This document shows positions 24,462 through 33,800 of a stretch of DNA of 64,000 nucleotides, piece after piece. Within the stretch, counting starts at the first letter, position 1. Every line of letters starts with the position of its first letter. The position numbers were made by a program, and so were the translations under genes. The stretch covers positions 480,001 to 544,000 of the forward strand of contig CAVVXN010000002.1 of assembly GCA_963752285.1 (NCBI GenBank). The letters run 5' to 3'. The notes under the pieces are model-generated. The model ran no database searches and was not told where the DNA came from. It worked only from the letters and a program-made list of their open reading frames with translations. Source of the DNA: an uncultured Planctomycetota bacterium. GTDB taxonomy: Bacteria > Planctomycetota > PLA2 > JAEUHO01.

Positions 24462-24929
24462 ATGGGCGATCGCGTGGCGAAGAGCTTCCTCGTGGGTCTC
24501 GTCGCGACCGCAGCGGACGTCGGCGGCCTGGCGCTCCTCATCACGGGTTGCGGCGTCTCGCCGGCCCTCGCGAACGGTCCGGCGCTGCTCCTCGGGGTCG
24601 CGATCCAGTTCCTGGGAAACAAGTACTTCGCGTTCGGTGACCGCTCGCGCGGCGTGATGCGACAGGGGGCGCTCTTCTCGCTCGTCGAGTGCGGGACGTT
24701 CGCGCTGAACGCCGGGGTCTTCCACGTGCTCGCCGTCGTCGGTCCGCTGCCGTACTACCTCGCCCGGCCGGTCGGCACGCTGCTCGTGTACCTCGCGTTC
24801 AGCTATCCCCTCTGGACGCGGATCTTCGGACCGACGGACCGGCGTCGCCGCGCGCGGTCCACACCCCCGGCCCCCACGCCGGCCTTCGGGCCGAGCGAGC
24901 CGCCGCTCCTCGATCCCGGTCGCCGCTGA
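24462..24929 (+). CDS. GtrA-like family membrane protein
   Basis: SFLVGLVATAADVG, QFLGNKYFAF, AFSYPLWTRIF; 4 TMs. Confidence 0.85.
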   Translation: MGDRVAKSFLVGLVATAADVGGLALLITGCGVSPALANGPALLLGVAIQFLGNKYFAFGDRSRGVMRQGALFSLVECGTFALNAGVFHVLAVVGPLPYYLARPVGTLLVYLAFSYPLWTRIFGPTDRRRRARSTPPAPTPAFGPSEPPLLDPGRR

Positions 24930-25008
24930 GGCCCCCGCCGCGCCCGCGTGTTCGCCCCCACGCTTGAACCGGAATCGGGCGCGGCGGACATTGCCTCGTG
25001 GAGGCGCG

Positions 25009-28000
25009 TTGCGACCGCACCCGGCCGTCGATCCCGAGATCCTGCTGGCCCACGCCGCGGCGCTGAGGCGTCTCGCCCGCGCGCTCGTCCACGACGGGAT
25101 CGAGGCGGAGGACGTCGCGCAGGAGACGCTCGTCCGGGCGCTCGAGCGGGGACCGCGCGCGGGCTGGGACCTCTGGGCGTGGCTCTCGGGCGTCGCGCGA
25201 AACGTCGCGCGGACCGGAGCACGGGCGCGCGCGCGCCGGCTCCGGCGCGAGGCGGGGGCCGCGCGTCTCGAGGAGACCCCTTCGACGCTCGACGTGGTCG
25301 CGAGTCTCGCCGAGCGCCGCGCGCTCGTCACGGCCGTACGCGCCCTCCCCGAGCCGTACCGGACCGTGGTGACGCTCCGCTGGCTCGAGGGCATGTCGCC
25401 GCGCGCGGTCGCGCACCGGCTCGGCGTTCCCGTCGAGACGGTCCGGACGCGGGCGAGGCGCGCGCTCCCCATGCTGCGGGCGCTCTTGACGCGGCGCCAC
25501 GACGGCAACGAGCGGCGGGCGATCCTCGCGCTCCTGCCCCTCGCGGGCGGCGGGCCGACCCCGCTCACGGCGCTGGGAGGCGCGGCCATGGCGACGAAGA
25601 CCTACGTGACCGCCGCGGCGGCGGTCTGTCTCCTCCTCGTGGGGCTCGCCGCGTGGCTCGCCCTCGGCCGCGGTGGCGTCGGCGACGCGGCGCCTCGGCC
25701 CGGAAGGCCGGCGCTCGGTCCGAGCGCGCCGCCGCGCCTCGTCGGTACGGAGACGGAGCCCGACACGCGACCGTCGCCGGCCGTGACGTGGCACGTGGAC
25801 GCCGGCGTGAAGGGACGCGTGGTGGGGCCGGGGGACGCCCCCGTCCCCGGCGCGAGCGTCGTGTTCGTGGCGCCGGACCTCTACGTCTCGGCCGACCCGG
25901 AGCCCGCCGCACGAACCGCTGCCGACGGGACGTTTCGCTTCGAGGTGCCCGCGGCGCTCCGGTCGGGCGTGCGGCTGTTCGTGCACGCGCCGGGGTACCG
26001 CACGGCGAGCCGCCTCGCGAGGGCCGACCCAAGCGAGGAGACCGTGCTCCGCCTCGTGCCCGTACCGAGCGTGCGGCTCCGCGTCCTCGACTCGGACACG
26101 GACGCGCCGATCCGAGGCGCGGTCGTCGAGACGTGGACGCTCGAGCTCGGAGGCGAGAGCGCGGAACGCGCGACGACGGATGCGGAGGGCGTCGCCATCC
26201 TCTCCGATCCGGGGCCGGCCTCGGGCGACGTCCTGTTCGGGCCGTTCGTGCACGTGGCCCATCCCGGGTACGAGCCCGCGCGCGTCGAGCTCTGGCAGGG
26301 CGACCGTCCCCGCGCAGCGGGCGGGAAGCCCACGGAGGTGTATCTGCGTCCCGGGAGCCCGAGCCGGATCCTCGTGCTGGAGGCGGACGGCTCGACGCCG
26401 GCGGCCGGCGTGCGCGTCCGCGGCTGGTCCGGCGGCGGCCTCCCGGTCGGGGCGGGCGCGGACGTGGTGATCCCCCAGGCCAGCGTCACGTCGATCGGCG
26501 AGGGGGTCACCTCGGCCGACGGCAGCGTGCGGTTGGGCGCACCCGCGCGAGACGAGCAGCTCTTCCTCCTCGCGGACCGGCCGGGTCATCTCGCCGTGCG
26601 CTGCCTCGAGAACGGCGGCGAGGATGCCGCGAGCCCGTGGCGGCTCGTGCTCTCTCCCGCCGGGTCCGTCTCCGGCCGCGTCGTGGACGCCTCCGATCGC
26701 CCCATCCCCGGCGCGCACGTCGAGACGGACTGGCGCGCCTGGTTCCCTACCCGAGCCGATCGCGCCGCGGGCGACGGTTTCCCGAGGGCGTACCCCCCTC
26801 CCGCGCTCTACGAACGCGTGGCCGTCACGTCCGGGCCCGATGGCCGCTTCACCGTGCCGTGGGTGGTGTGTCCTGGCGGTCGGACCCGGGTCTGGGCGTA
26901 CGCCGCGGGCCGGGAGACCGCGAGCGAGGACGTCCTCGCTCCGGCCGAGGGCGCGCCCCGCGACGAGGTCGTGCTTCGCCTTCCCCTGCGGGAGGACGCG
27001 TGGACGGTGCGCGTCCACGACGCGTCGGGCCACCCGATCGAACGGGCGCTCGTGGGACAACCTCGAACGTATCCGATGACGCGGACCGACCGGCTGGGCG
27101 TGGCCCGCCTCGTACCCGTCGCCGCGCCGGGAGAGCCGGCGTTCGTCTTCGCCTCGGCGCCCGGCTTCGCGTCGGTCCGGGTCGAGGTCGATCCGGCGTC
27201 ACCGGACCGCGCCCTCGACCTCGCGCTGGGACCCGCGCGGTCCCTCGAGGTCCGGACGATCGACGAGACGAACGGTCCCGTGCCCGCGTCGGTCGAGGTG
27301 TACGCCGGCGACCTCCCTCCCTCGGTCGAGCTCCCACTCTCGACGGCGCTCGACGTGCGGCGCCTCGCCGAGGGCATCACCGACACGGGCGGGGTGGTGC
27401 GGTTCGACGACCTGCCCCCGGGGGACCTCGTCGTGTGGGCGGGGCGACCGGGCGCGGGCCGCGGGGGCGTGCGGACCTCGGTCGGGCACGAGCCGGGCGT
27501 CGAGCTCCGCCTTCCCGGTCGCCACGACGATCCCGCGGCCGGCTCCGTCGTCGAGGGCCACGTGGTGGACGTCGAGGGGCGCGCCGTCCTCCGGTACCGG
27601 GCCACGATCGAGTCGGACTCGGTGGCGCAGGGCGCCGCGCTCGAGGGCCGCCGGTTCCGGTTCGAGGGTCTCCCGCCGGGAGCCTACGACCTCCTGGTCA
27701 CCCCGCGGGGGGACTGGAAGCGGGTCATCGTGCCCGTCGTCGTGCGCCGGGGCGAGGACGTCCACGACCTCACGGTGCGCGTGGGGGAGGGCGCGAGCGT
27801 TCTCGGGGTCGTCGCGGCGCCCGCGAACACGAGCGTCGCGCGCCTGCGCGTCCTGGCGATGGCCGTCGGTACGCGTCGCGCATGGGGAACCAGCGCCGAC
27901 GTGGGCAAGGACGGTCGTTTCGTGCTCGAGGGCCTGAACGCGGGACGCTACGCCCTCCGTCTCAGCGCCGAGGGCGGCGCTCACGACTCTCCGCTCCAGC

Positions 28001-28365
28001 TGGTGGACGCGGTCGTGGACCTCGCGCCGGGCGAACGCCTCGAGCGGACGTTTCGTGCCGTCGGGGCGGTGCGCCTGTGGCTGCGCGGCGACGATCCCTC
28101 GCTCGCGGACCGCCCCCCGCCCGTCCTCACGGTCGCCACGCAGTCGGTGGACAACGTCTCTTCCTGGGTCGTGATCGAGCTCCAGGACGAGGCCGGCGCC
28201 CGCCAGAGCGCGGGAGGCCTCTACCGGGAACGGACGCGCACTCCGTTCCTGCTCGTGCCGGGTCGATACCATCTGCGGGTCAGCCATCACCGCCTGGGTC
28301 GGTACGAAGCCGACCTCGACGTACGGGGCGACGACGACGTGGACGTGCTCGTTCACCTCGAGTAG
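25009..28365 (+). CDS. ECF sigma-70 factor fused to TM and carboxypeptidase-regulatory-like beta-sandwich repeats
   Basis: Region 2 AEDVAQETLVRAL..WLSGVARN; region 4 LPEPYRTVVTLRWLEGMS..VAHRLGVPVETVRTR; TM; repeats GRVVGPGDAPVPGASV, GRVVDASDRPIPGAHV, FRFEGLPPGAY. TTG 25009 after GGAGG (alternative start 24964). Confidence 0.9.
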   Translation: MRPHPAVDPEILLAHAAALRRLARALVHDGIEAEDVAQETLVRALERGPRAGWDLWAWLSGVARNVARTGARARARRLRREAGAARLEETPSTLDVVASLAERRALVTAVRALPEPYRTVVTLRWLEGMSPRAVAHRLGVPVETVRTRARRALPMLRALLTRRHDGNERRAILALLPLAGGGPTPLTALGGAAMATKTYVTAAAAVCLLLVGLAAWLALGRGGVGDAAPRPGRPALGPSAPPRLVGTETEPDTRPSPAVTWHVDAGVKGRVVGPGDAPVPGASVVFVAPDLYVSADPEPAARTAADGTFRFEVPAALRSGVRLFVHAPGYRTASRLARADPSEETVLRLVPVPSVRLRVLDSDTDAPIRGAVVETWTLELGGESAERATTDAEGVAILSDPGPASGDVLFGPFVHVAHPGYEPARVELWQGDRPRAAGGKPTEVYLRPGSPSRILVLEADGSTPAAGVRVRGWSGGGLPVGAGADVVIPQASVTSIGEGVTSADGSVRLGAPARDEQLFLLADRPGHLAVRCLENGGEDAASPWRLVLSPAGSVSGRVVDASDRPIPGAHVETDWRAWFPTRADRAAGDGFPRAYPPPALYERVAVTSGPDGRFTVPWVVCPGGRTRVWAYAAGRETASEDVLAPAEGAPRDEVVLRLPLREDAWTVRVHDASGHPIERALVGQPRTYPMTRTDRLGVARLVPVAAPGEPAFVFASAPGFASVRVEVDPASPDRALDLALGPARSLEVRTIDETNGPVPASVEVYAGDLPPSVELPLSTALDVRRLAEGITDTGGVVRFDDLPPGDLVVWAGRPGAGRGGVRTSVGHEPGVELRLPGRHDDPAAGSVVEGHVVDVEGRAVLRYRATIESDSVAQGAALEGRRFRFEGLPPGAYDLLVTPRGDWKRVIVPVVVRRGEDVHDLTVRVGEGASVLGVVAAPANTSVARLRVLAMAVGTRRAWGTSADVGKDGRFVLEGLNAGRYALRLSAEGGAHDSPLQLVDAVVDLAPGERLERTFRAVGAVRLWLRGDDPSLADRPPPVLTVATQSVDNVSSWVVIELQDEAGARQSAGGLYRERTRTPFLLVPGRYHLRVSHHRLGRYEADLDVRGDDDVDVLVHLE

Positions 28366-28474
28366 CCCACCCTGCGGCGGACGAGCGGCACCCCGGATCC
28401 GCCGAAACGAAGAGCGTCCGCTCCCGGAGACCGTCGCATCGCGTCCGAGAGCGACGTCCGCACGCCCGGAGGGA

Positions 28475-28548
28475 TGGAGGCGCCGTCCGGAATCGAACCG
28501 GAGTGCGCGGATTTGCAATCCGCTGCCTAACCACTCGGCCACGGCGCC
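28475..28548 (-). tRNA. tRNA-Cys (GCA)
   Basis: GGCGCCG TGGCCGAGTGGTTAGGC A GCGGA TTGCAAA TCCGC GCAC TCCGG TTCGATT CCGGA CGGCGCC T CCA: full cloverleaf, U73 discriminator, encoded CCA. Confidence 0.97.
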
Positions 28549-28564
28549 CGGGTCCGGGCTGGGG

Positions 28565-28593
28565 AGTTGAAACCGGGTTCGCCGGATTGGCAA
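28565..28593 (-). promoter_or_regulatory. Putative sigma70 promoter of tRNA-Cys (TTGCCA-N17-TCAACT)
   Basis: 17-nt spacing; -10 ends 16 nt before the tRNA 5' end. Confidence 0.45.
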
Positions 28594-28917
28594 GCCCGGT
28601 CCGAGGTCGGAGGTCCGCCCGCGGCTACGGGCTGCGGGCCGGCGGTGGTGCGTCCCGGGCGCCGGCCGCCGGGGGCGGGAGTCCGGGCGGAGCCCGTCGC
28701 GGCGTTGCGTCGCGGCGCTGCGGAGCCGAGGGTCCCCCGGAGCCGACGGCGTCCCGGAGTCGCGGGCGGCGCGGCGCCGGGGCCGGGACAACCGGCGGGC
28801 GCGGTCCCCGCGGGCGTGGGGCCGGCCTGGGTCACGGCGGCCCGGCGTACCGAGCGTCGGTCCCTGCGCGTCGGGCCCCCGCCTTGGCGAGGGCGCGCCG
28901 GCGCGCCTGTTTATTCG

Positions 28918-28970
28918 TTCGTGTGCGAATCGATTCACTTCGTGTGCGATACCCATCGCAGGATCGCACG
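28918..28970. promoter_or_regulatory. Putative regulator-binding sites (TTCGTGTGCGA x2, 21-bp period; TGCGAT-ACCC-ATCGCA palindrome)
   Basis: Exact 11-mer at 28918 and 28939; inverted repeat 28945-28960; AT-richer intergenic DNA. Confidence 0.5.
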
Positions 28971-29120
28971 CGCGGTACACACCTCGGCAACCCGGTAACC
29001 ATCCCCCGCTTGGCGGCGGTTGCGTCGAAGTTCCAAGACGCCCGGCGCGCGATCGCATTTCGTGCGGTCCCCGACGGGGCGAGAAGAGAATTACGCGGTA
29101 GCTACCTCGAGCGCGCCGCG

Positions 29121-29136
29121 CGGTGCGACGTTTGCC
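29121..29136 (+). promoter_or_regulatory. Putative sigma54 -24/-12 promoter (CGGTGCG-ACGT-TTGCC)
   Basis: GG-N10-GC spacing, about 60 nt upstream of ATG 29196. Confidence 0.45.
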
Positions 29137-29195
29137 TACAAGAGTCGGGCGGGTACCCGAAACGCAACCGCGGGCTCGCTCCAAGGAGAGGCGTC

Positions 29196-32100
29196 ATGTC
29201 ACGCTCCCGTGTCGTGGGGATCTCCCTCACCCTTCTTGCCTCGGTCGTCCTCGCGTCTTGCGGTGGCAGCGGCCAGGGCCTCCGGATGCCGAGCGACTCG
29301 GTCCGGTTCCTGAGCACGTCGCTTCCGGCGATGACGTCGGGCGTGCCCTACGACTACCAGATCCCGCTCACCGGCGGTTGCGGCGGCCCCTACGTGATGA
29401 AGACGATCTCGGGCGGGCTGCCCGCTGGGCTCGTGTTCGACCCCCAGAACCACGCGATCCGGGGTACGCCGCTCGTAGACGGGGTGTTCTCCTTCGAGAT
29501 CCAGATCCAGGACACCGGTTGCAACCCATTCTCGGCCGCGGCGGCCAAGTTCAGCGCGAACGTCACGGTCGGAGCCGTCACCGTCGTGGACGTCCTGCAG
29601 GACGGGAACCCGAGCCTCTCTGCGCCCGGAACGGCACCCGAGTTCCCCGACCTGCCCGCGCTCCCGAACACGGTCTACAACGAGTTCACCTCGCTGCACT
29701 TCCTCTGCGCCGGCGGGCAGGGGCCCTACACGATGAAGATCGCCGACGACCCTGCGAACCCCGACGATGGCGCACTTCCCCTGGGCGTGAGCGTCGCGCC
29801 GAAGTCCACCGATCTCGTGGGGTCTCCGGCGGAGGTGGGCCCGAACGAAGGACCGTTCTGCCTGACGTTCGACGTCCAGGACTCCCTGGGCAACACCTCT
29901 CGCTTCACCTGCTGCTGGCGGGTGGACACGCCGCCGATCCTGGTGGCCGTCACGAGCCTCGCGAACGGCGCCTGCGGCCAGGTCTACAGCGAGCAGCTCT
30001 CGGTCAGCGGCGGCGTCCCGCCCTTCTCCCACGAGCTCGTGGAGAAGGGGCTTCCCCTCGACTACACGATCGACCGCGGACCGAACCCGTCCAATCCCTC
30101 GGCCGACGTGATCTTCGAGCCCGGGGCGGAGCCTACGGTCAACCCGCCGGAGGCGCTGAACCGCATCGACTCGTGGGTCTACCCCGCGCCCGCCGCGCTG
30201 GGCCCCAACTATGCGGCCTCGAATCCGGGCGCTCCGCCCGAGGGCGTCTACATCGTCGAGGACACGGGCTCCCTCCGCGGCATCCCGCGTCGCCGCGGCG
30301 CCTTCCTGATCCACTACCACGTCAAGAGCGCGCTGGTCCCCCTGAGCTTCGGACAGCACGCCTGGCGCTCGTTCAACGTCACCTTCTCCCCGGCCCCGGC
30401 TCCCGCGCAGAACCCCGCCTACACGGTGGAGGGCTCGTTCTCCTCCATCCCGCCCTACGCCCGCGTCCCCGAGATGCAGCAGGGGCAGGTCTACAACCCC
30501 GACGCCGGACCGCTCGGGCTCCAGCTCCTCGCCACGGGTGGCGTGCCCCAGGACGGCTACTCGGACCATCCGCACAAGAGCCAGATCGACAGCGACCCGG
30601 TCGTCGGCGAGACCGCCGGCGCCTACCTCTGGTCGATCGACTGGGACCCCGACGGCCTCGGAAGCAGCCAACCGCTGCACGTGGAGTTCCTCCCGTCGGG
30701 CGTCCTCCGGCCGGTCACCGGCGAGGAGGCGAACCTGGTCCCGCAGGCTCCCGCGGCCATCGCCGTCACCGCGCAGGACTTCGCCCTTCCACAGTCTCTC
30801 GCCGGCACGCAGACGCAGAAGGTGCGCCTCGGCATCGGGCCGGACCGGATCATCGTGACCCAGTCCACGACCTCCTACACGAGCGACTACTACACCATGG
30901 CGTTGAACGACCCCGTCATGACGGTGCGCATGATGCTGCCGTACACGTCGGGCGCTCAGCTCCGGAACCTGAACGACTCCGATCTCGTAGGCAACGGCAC
31001 CGACCGCATCCCGCTGCCGACGGAGATCGGTTCGAGCACCTCGATCTCCACGCTGCTCACGAACATCGACATCGTGCGTGTGTCGGTCAACCCGACGGGT
31101 TGGTGGGACGACACCAACGCCCTGAACCCGCGAGGCGCGCGCCCGTGGCAGCACGGTGACCGCAACGAGTACTACCCGTACTACGGCATCGGCTACAACG
31201 GCAACACGTACGACATCTACGGCTACAACTCGGACCAGGTCCAGCCGTCCGCCACGGCGGTTCGGCTGCCGGCCTGCACGTCTTCGGCGGTCACGGCCGA
31301 CCTCCAGACCGGCGTGTACACGGACGGCGGCAAGCTCTACGTCTTCGACGCCGCCTCCTACTTCGGGATCTTCATCATCCGCAAGGACGGTCGCATCTAC
31401 GTCCCGGCCGCGTTCTCGAAGTCCGGGACGTGGAGCTCCTTCGGCGACAACTGGATGGAGTCCTACTCGACCAGCACCTCGCAGCTGAGCCTCGTGAAGA
31501 TCCCGCAGATGACCGTGAGCCCGGACGGCCGCTTCGCGGCGTTCAAGCTGCGGCGTTCGCTCAACCAGTGGGAGAACGCGAGCTCGTCGGGCATCCTGCT
31601 CATCTCCCTGACGGGGGAGCGGGTCGGTGGCTGGGGTGACGACGTCCACCACGTCATCTCGACGGGCTCGGACGGGAGCTGGTCCCAGGGCGAGATCGTC
31701 TTCGCCTCGAGCCTCACCCTGACCGGCCAGTACCTGTACTACCTGGTCGGCAGCGGAAGCACCGACTACATGCACTTCCGCGACCACTACATCTATCGCG
31801 CCGACATCACGTCGGGCGCCTCGGCGGGCGCGCTGCTCCACCCGGGCTTCTCCTCGGCCTGGCCGAACAGCCCGGGCAGTCCGATGCAGACGCCCTTCCA
31901 GTGCTTCTCGCGATCGTTCGGGTCGTCGAGCGGCCCGGACATGGTGATGATCTCGACGTACGGCTACAACGGGTTCGAGGCGTCGCTCGCCCCGCACCCG
32001 TTCCGGGTGAGCTCCGACGGCCGCGCGTGCGCGATCCTCGCGAGCCCGACGCCCGCCGGGGTCGGCGGCTCGGACGTCCTCCTCCACAACGTGTGGGTGG

Positions 32101-33623
32101 ACTACGACGGCAACCTCTCCCAGGTGAGCACGAAGGCGCGTCACTCGCACGGCGGCGGCCGCGGCACGGCGCTCACGACCGGTCCCGTGTACTACCCGGT
32201 GACCGGGCTGTGGGGCCGCTACAACGGACCGACCACCGCCTTCGAGATCTCGGACGACGGCCTGAAGGTCGCCGTGGTGGTGAGCCGCGCGGACTACGTC
32301 TACGCGGCCTACTCGTACTACGACTACAACTACGACTGGCAGTACCGCGAGGACGTCGTCGCGTTCACGAGCTCGGGGGCGACCCCGTGGCAGGGCTCGA
32401 CCGAGCTCCAAGTCACGGGCAACGAGTCCGGCGGCACGCCGGTGTTCTCGAACTCCCTCCTCTGGCGCTTCGGAGCGCTGACGTTCACGCGCGCCGGGGA
32501 CGGCCTCGTGTTCTGGGGCGGCTATTCGTGCTACAGCCCCAGCTGGTTCGACGCGGACTACTCCTACATGGCCTCGGGCTCCAAGAGCTTCATCGGGAGC
32601 CTGTACTCGTACTCGTTCAGCGACAACGGCGTCCGCAGCATCCTTTCGAGCTCCGACGGCGGGTGCAACCTGACCGTGGGCAGCACGCAGACCTCGATCT
32701 CGTTCTCGACGAGCCAGGGCCAGACCGACGGCGGCGTCATCCGTCCGTGGGGCGGCTTCCTCTCGAAGAACGGGAACTTCTTCTACATCGTGAACCACGA
32801 GGCCCTGAGCACGTCCGACTACACGAACGCCCGCCTGGTCGGAGTGAACGTCCGGAGTCTCGACTCGTCGAGCTCCATCAACAGCCACCTCGACGGACGC
32901 GCCTTCGCCGTCGGCGGCATGGGCAGCTCGGTCGGCTACCACGGCTTCTACCCGTTCCTCGACTACACCAGCTTCTTCGGCATGGGCAGCGAGTACTACT
33001 ACTACCACTATCACCAGTACTACAACCACTACATGGGCGCGAAGCAGGTGGCTTCCACGGACAACGGCTGGGTGTTCTTCTTCAGCGACTACCAGCCCTA
33101 CTCCAGCAACGCCAGCGGCTGGCTCTACGACTCGGGCGGTTCGATCCGGAACACGGGGTACTCGTACGGGTACGAGGGCCACGTGTTCGTCTTCGACCCG
33201 AACGTGGGCGGGAGCGTGCAGAGGGTCACGGGCAGCGAGTTCGGCGCCGACACGGGCTACAACTATCGCTTCCCCGGTTTCCTCGAGGTGTCGGACGACG
33301 GCAGCGGCTGCGCGGTCGTCTACGGCACGAATTACCCCGCGCTGCAGTACGAGCAGCTGATCGCGTACAGCCGGATCCGGCTGAACCCGACGACCGGCGC
33401 GCTCCTGGCAGGCAAGCAGTACCGCTCGCTCGAGCCCTCCATCACGCGCGTGAGCTCGTGCATCTCGTTCGACTCCGTCACCGAGAAGCTGCTGTACGCG
33501 GCCGGCAGCGGCAACGAGAACAGCAAGACGATCAAGGCGGGCACGCTGGCCACCGGTTCGACCACGACCGCCTACTCCGGCTTCGGCACCAAGAGCTTCA
33601 ACATCCTGCACGCCGGCCGCTGA
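29196..33623 (+). CDS. Large surface lipoprotein: putative Ig (He_PIG-like) repeats + Tyr/Ser/Gly-rich beta-propeller-like C-terminus (1475 aa)
   Basis: AAGGAGAGG RBS; lipobox VLASC; Ig-like LPAMTSGVPYDYQIPLTGG..GGLPAGLVFD, YSEQLSVSGGVPPF; blades VSPDGRFAAF, VSSDGRA, ISDDGLKVAV, VSDDGSG. Confidence 0.85.
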   Translation: MSRSRVVGISLTLLASVVLASCGGSGQGLRMPSDSVRFLSTSLPAMTSGVPYDYQIPLTGGCGGPYVMKTISGGLPAGLVFDPQNHAIRGTPLVDGVFSFEIQIQDTGCNPFSAAAAKFSANVTVGAVTVVDVLQDGNPSLSAPGTAPEFPDLPALPNTVYNEFTSLHFLCAGGQGPYTMKIADDPANPDDGALPLGVSVAPKSTDLVGSPAEVGPNEGPFCLTFDVQDSLGNTSRFTCCWRVDTPPILVAVTSLANGACGQVYSEQLSVSGGVPPFSHELVEKGLPLDYTIDRGPNPSNPSADVIFEPGAEPTVNPPEALNRIDSWVYPAPAALGPNYAASNPGAPPEGVYIVEDTGSLRGIPRRRGAFLIHYHVKSALVPLSFGQHAWRSFNVTFSPAPAPAQNPAYTVEGSFSSIPPYARVPEMQQGQVYNPDAGPLGLQLLATGGVPQDGYSDHPHKSQIDSDPVVGETAGAYLWSIDWDPDGLGSSQPLHVEFLPSGVLRPVTGEEANLVPQAPAAIAVTAQDFALPQSLAGTQTQKVRLGIGPDRIIVTQSTTSYTSDYYTMALNDPVMTVRMMLPYTSGAQLRNLNDSDLVGNGTDRIPLPTEIGSSTSISTLLTNIDIVRVSVNPTGWWDDTNALNPRGARPWQHGDRNEYYPYYGIGYNGNTYDIYGYNSDQVQPSATAVRLPACTSSAVTADLQTGVYTDGGKLYVFDAASYFGIFIIRKDGRIYVPAAFSKSGTWSSFGDNWMESYSTSTSQLSLVKIPQMTVSPDGRFAAFKLRRSLNQWENASSSGILLISLTGERVGGWGDDVHHVISTGSDGSWSQGEIVFASSLTLTGQYLYYLVGSGSTDYMHFRDHYIYRADITSGASAGALLHPGFSSAWPNSPGSPMQTPFQCFSRSFGSSSGPDMVMISTYGYNGFEASLAPHPFRVSSDGRACAILASPTPAGVGGSDVLLHNVWVDYDGNLSQVSTKARHSHGGGRGTALTTGPVYYPVTGLWGRYNGPTTAFEISDDGLKVAVVVSRADYVYAAYSYYDYNYDWQYREDVVAFTSSGATPWQGSTELQVTGNESGGTPVFSNSLLWRFGALTFTRAGDGLVFWGGYSCYSPSWFDADYSYMASGSKSFIGSLYSYSFSDNGVRSILSSSDGGCNLTVGSTQTSISFSTSQGQTDGGVIRPWGGFLSKNGNFFYIVNHEALSTSDYTNARLVGVNVRSLDSSSSINSHLDGRAFAVGGMGSSVGYHGFYPFLDYTSFFGMGSEYYYYHYHQYYNHYMGAKQVASTDNGWVFFFSDYQPYSSNASGWLYDSGGSIRNTGYSYGYEGHVFVFDPNVGGSVQRVTGSEFGADTGYNYRFPGFLEVSDDGSGCAVVYGTNYPALQYEQLIAYSRIRLNPTTGALLAGKQYRSLEPSITRVSSCISFDSVTEKLLYAAGSGNENSKTIKAGTLATGSTTTAYSGFGTKSFNILHAGR

Positions 33624-33651
33624 CGGCGGCCGAGACGTTTCGATCGCACGC

Positions 33652-33685
33652 CCCGGCCCCCGCGGCACCGCCCGCGGGGGCCGGG
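33652..33685 (+). terminator. Hairpin terminator (perfect 14-bp stem)
   Basis: cccggcccccgcgg-caccgc-ccgcgggggccggg followed by cttcgtct; lies between convergent genes. Confidence 0.7.
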
Positions 33686-33800
33686 CTTCGTCTCGGGGGG
33701 ACCGGAGGCGCGCGGGTCGTCAGCCGGAGTCCTCGCCGCCGCCCGATCGACCGGAGCCGGAGCGCGCGGAGCGTCACGGCGTTCGTCGTCGCGCTCGGGG

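Noticed and set aside
28475..28548. tRNA-Cys as an integration site for a genomic island
   Set aside because: No integrase and no convincing duplicate of the tRNA 3' end seen; a partial match near 37540 lies within the histidine kinase CDS and is likely chance.
24948..29195. N-terminal 1416 aa of the 2891-aa ORF
   Set aside because: Off-frame read-through of the ECF gene and tRNA; the true start is ATG 29196 with RBS and lipobox.
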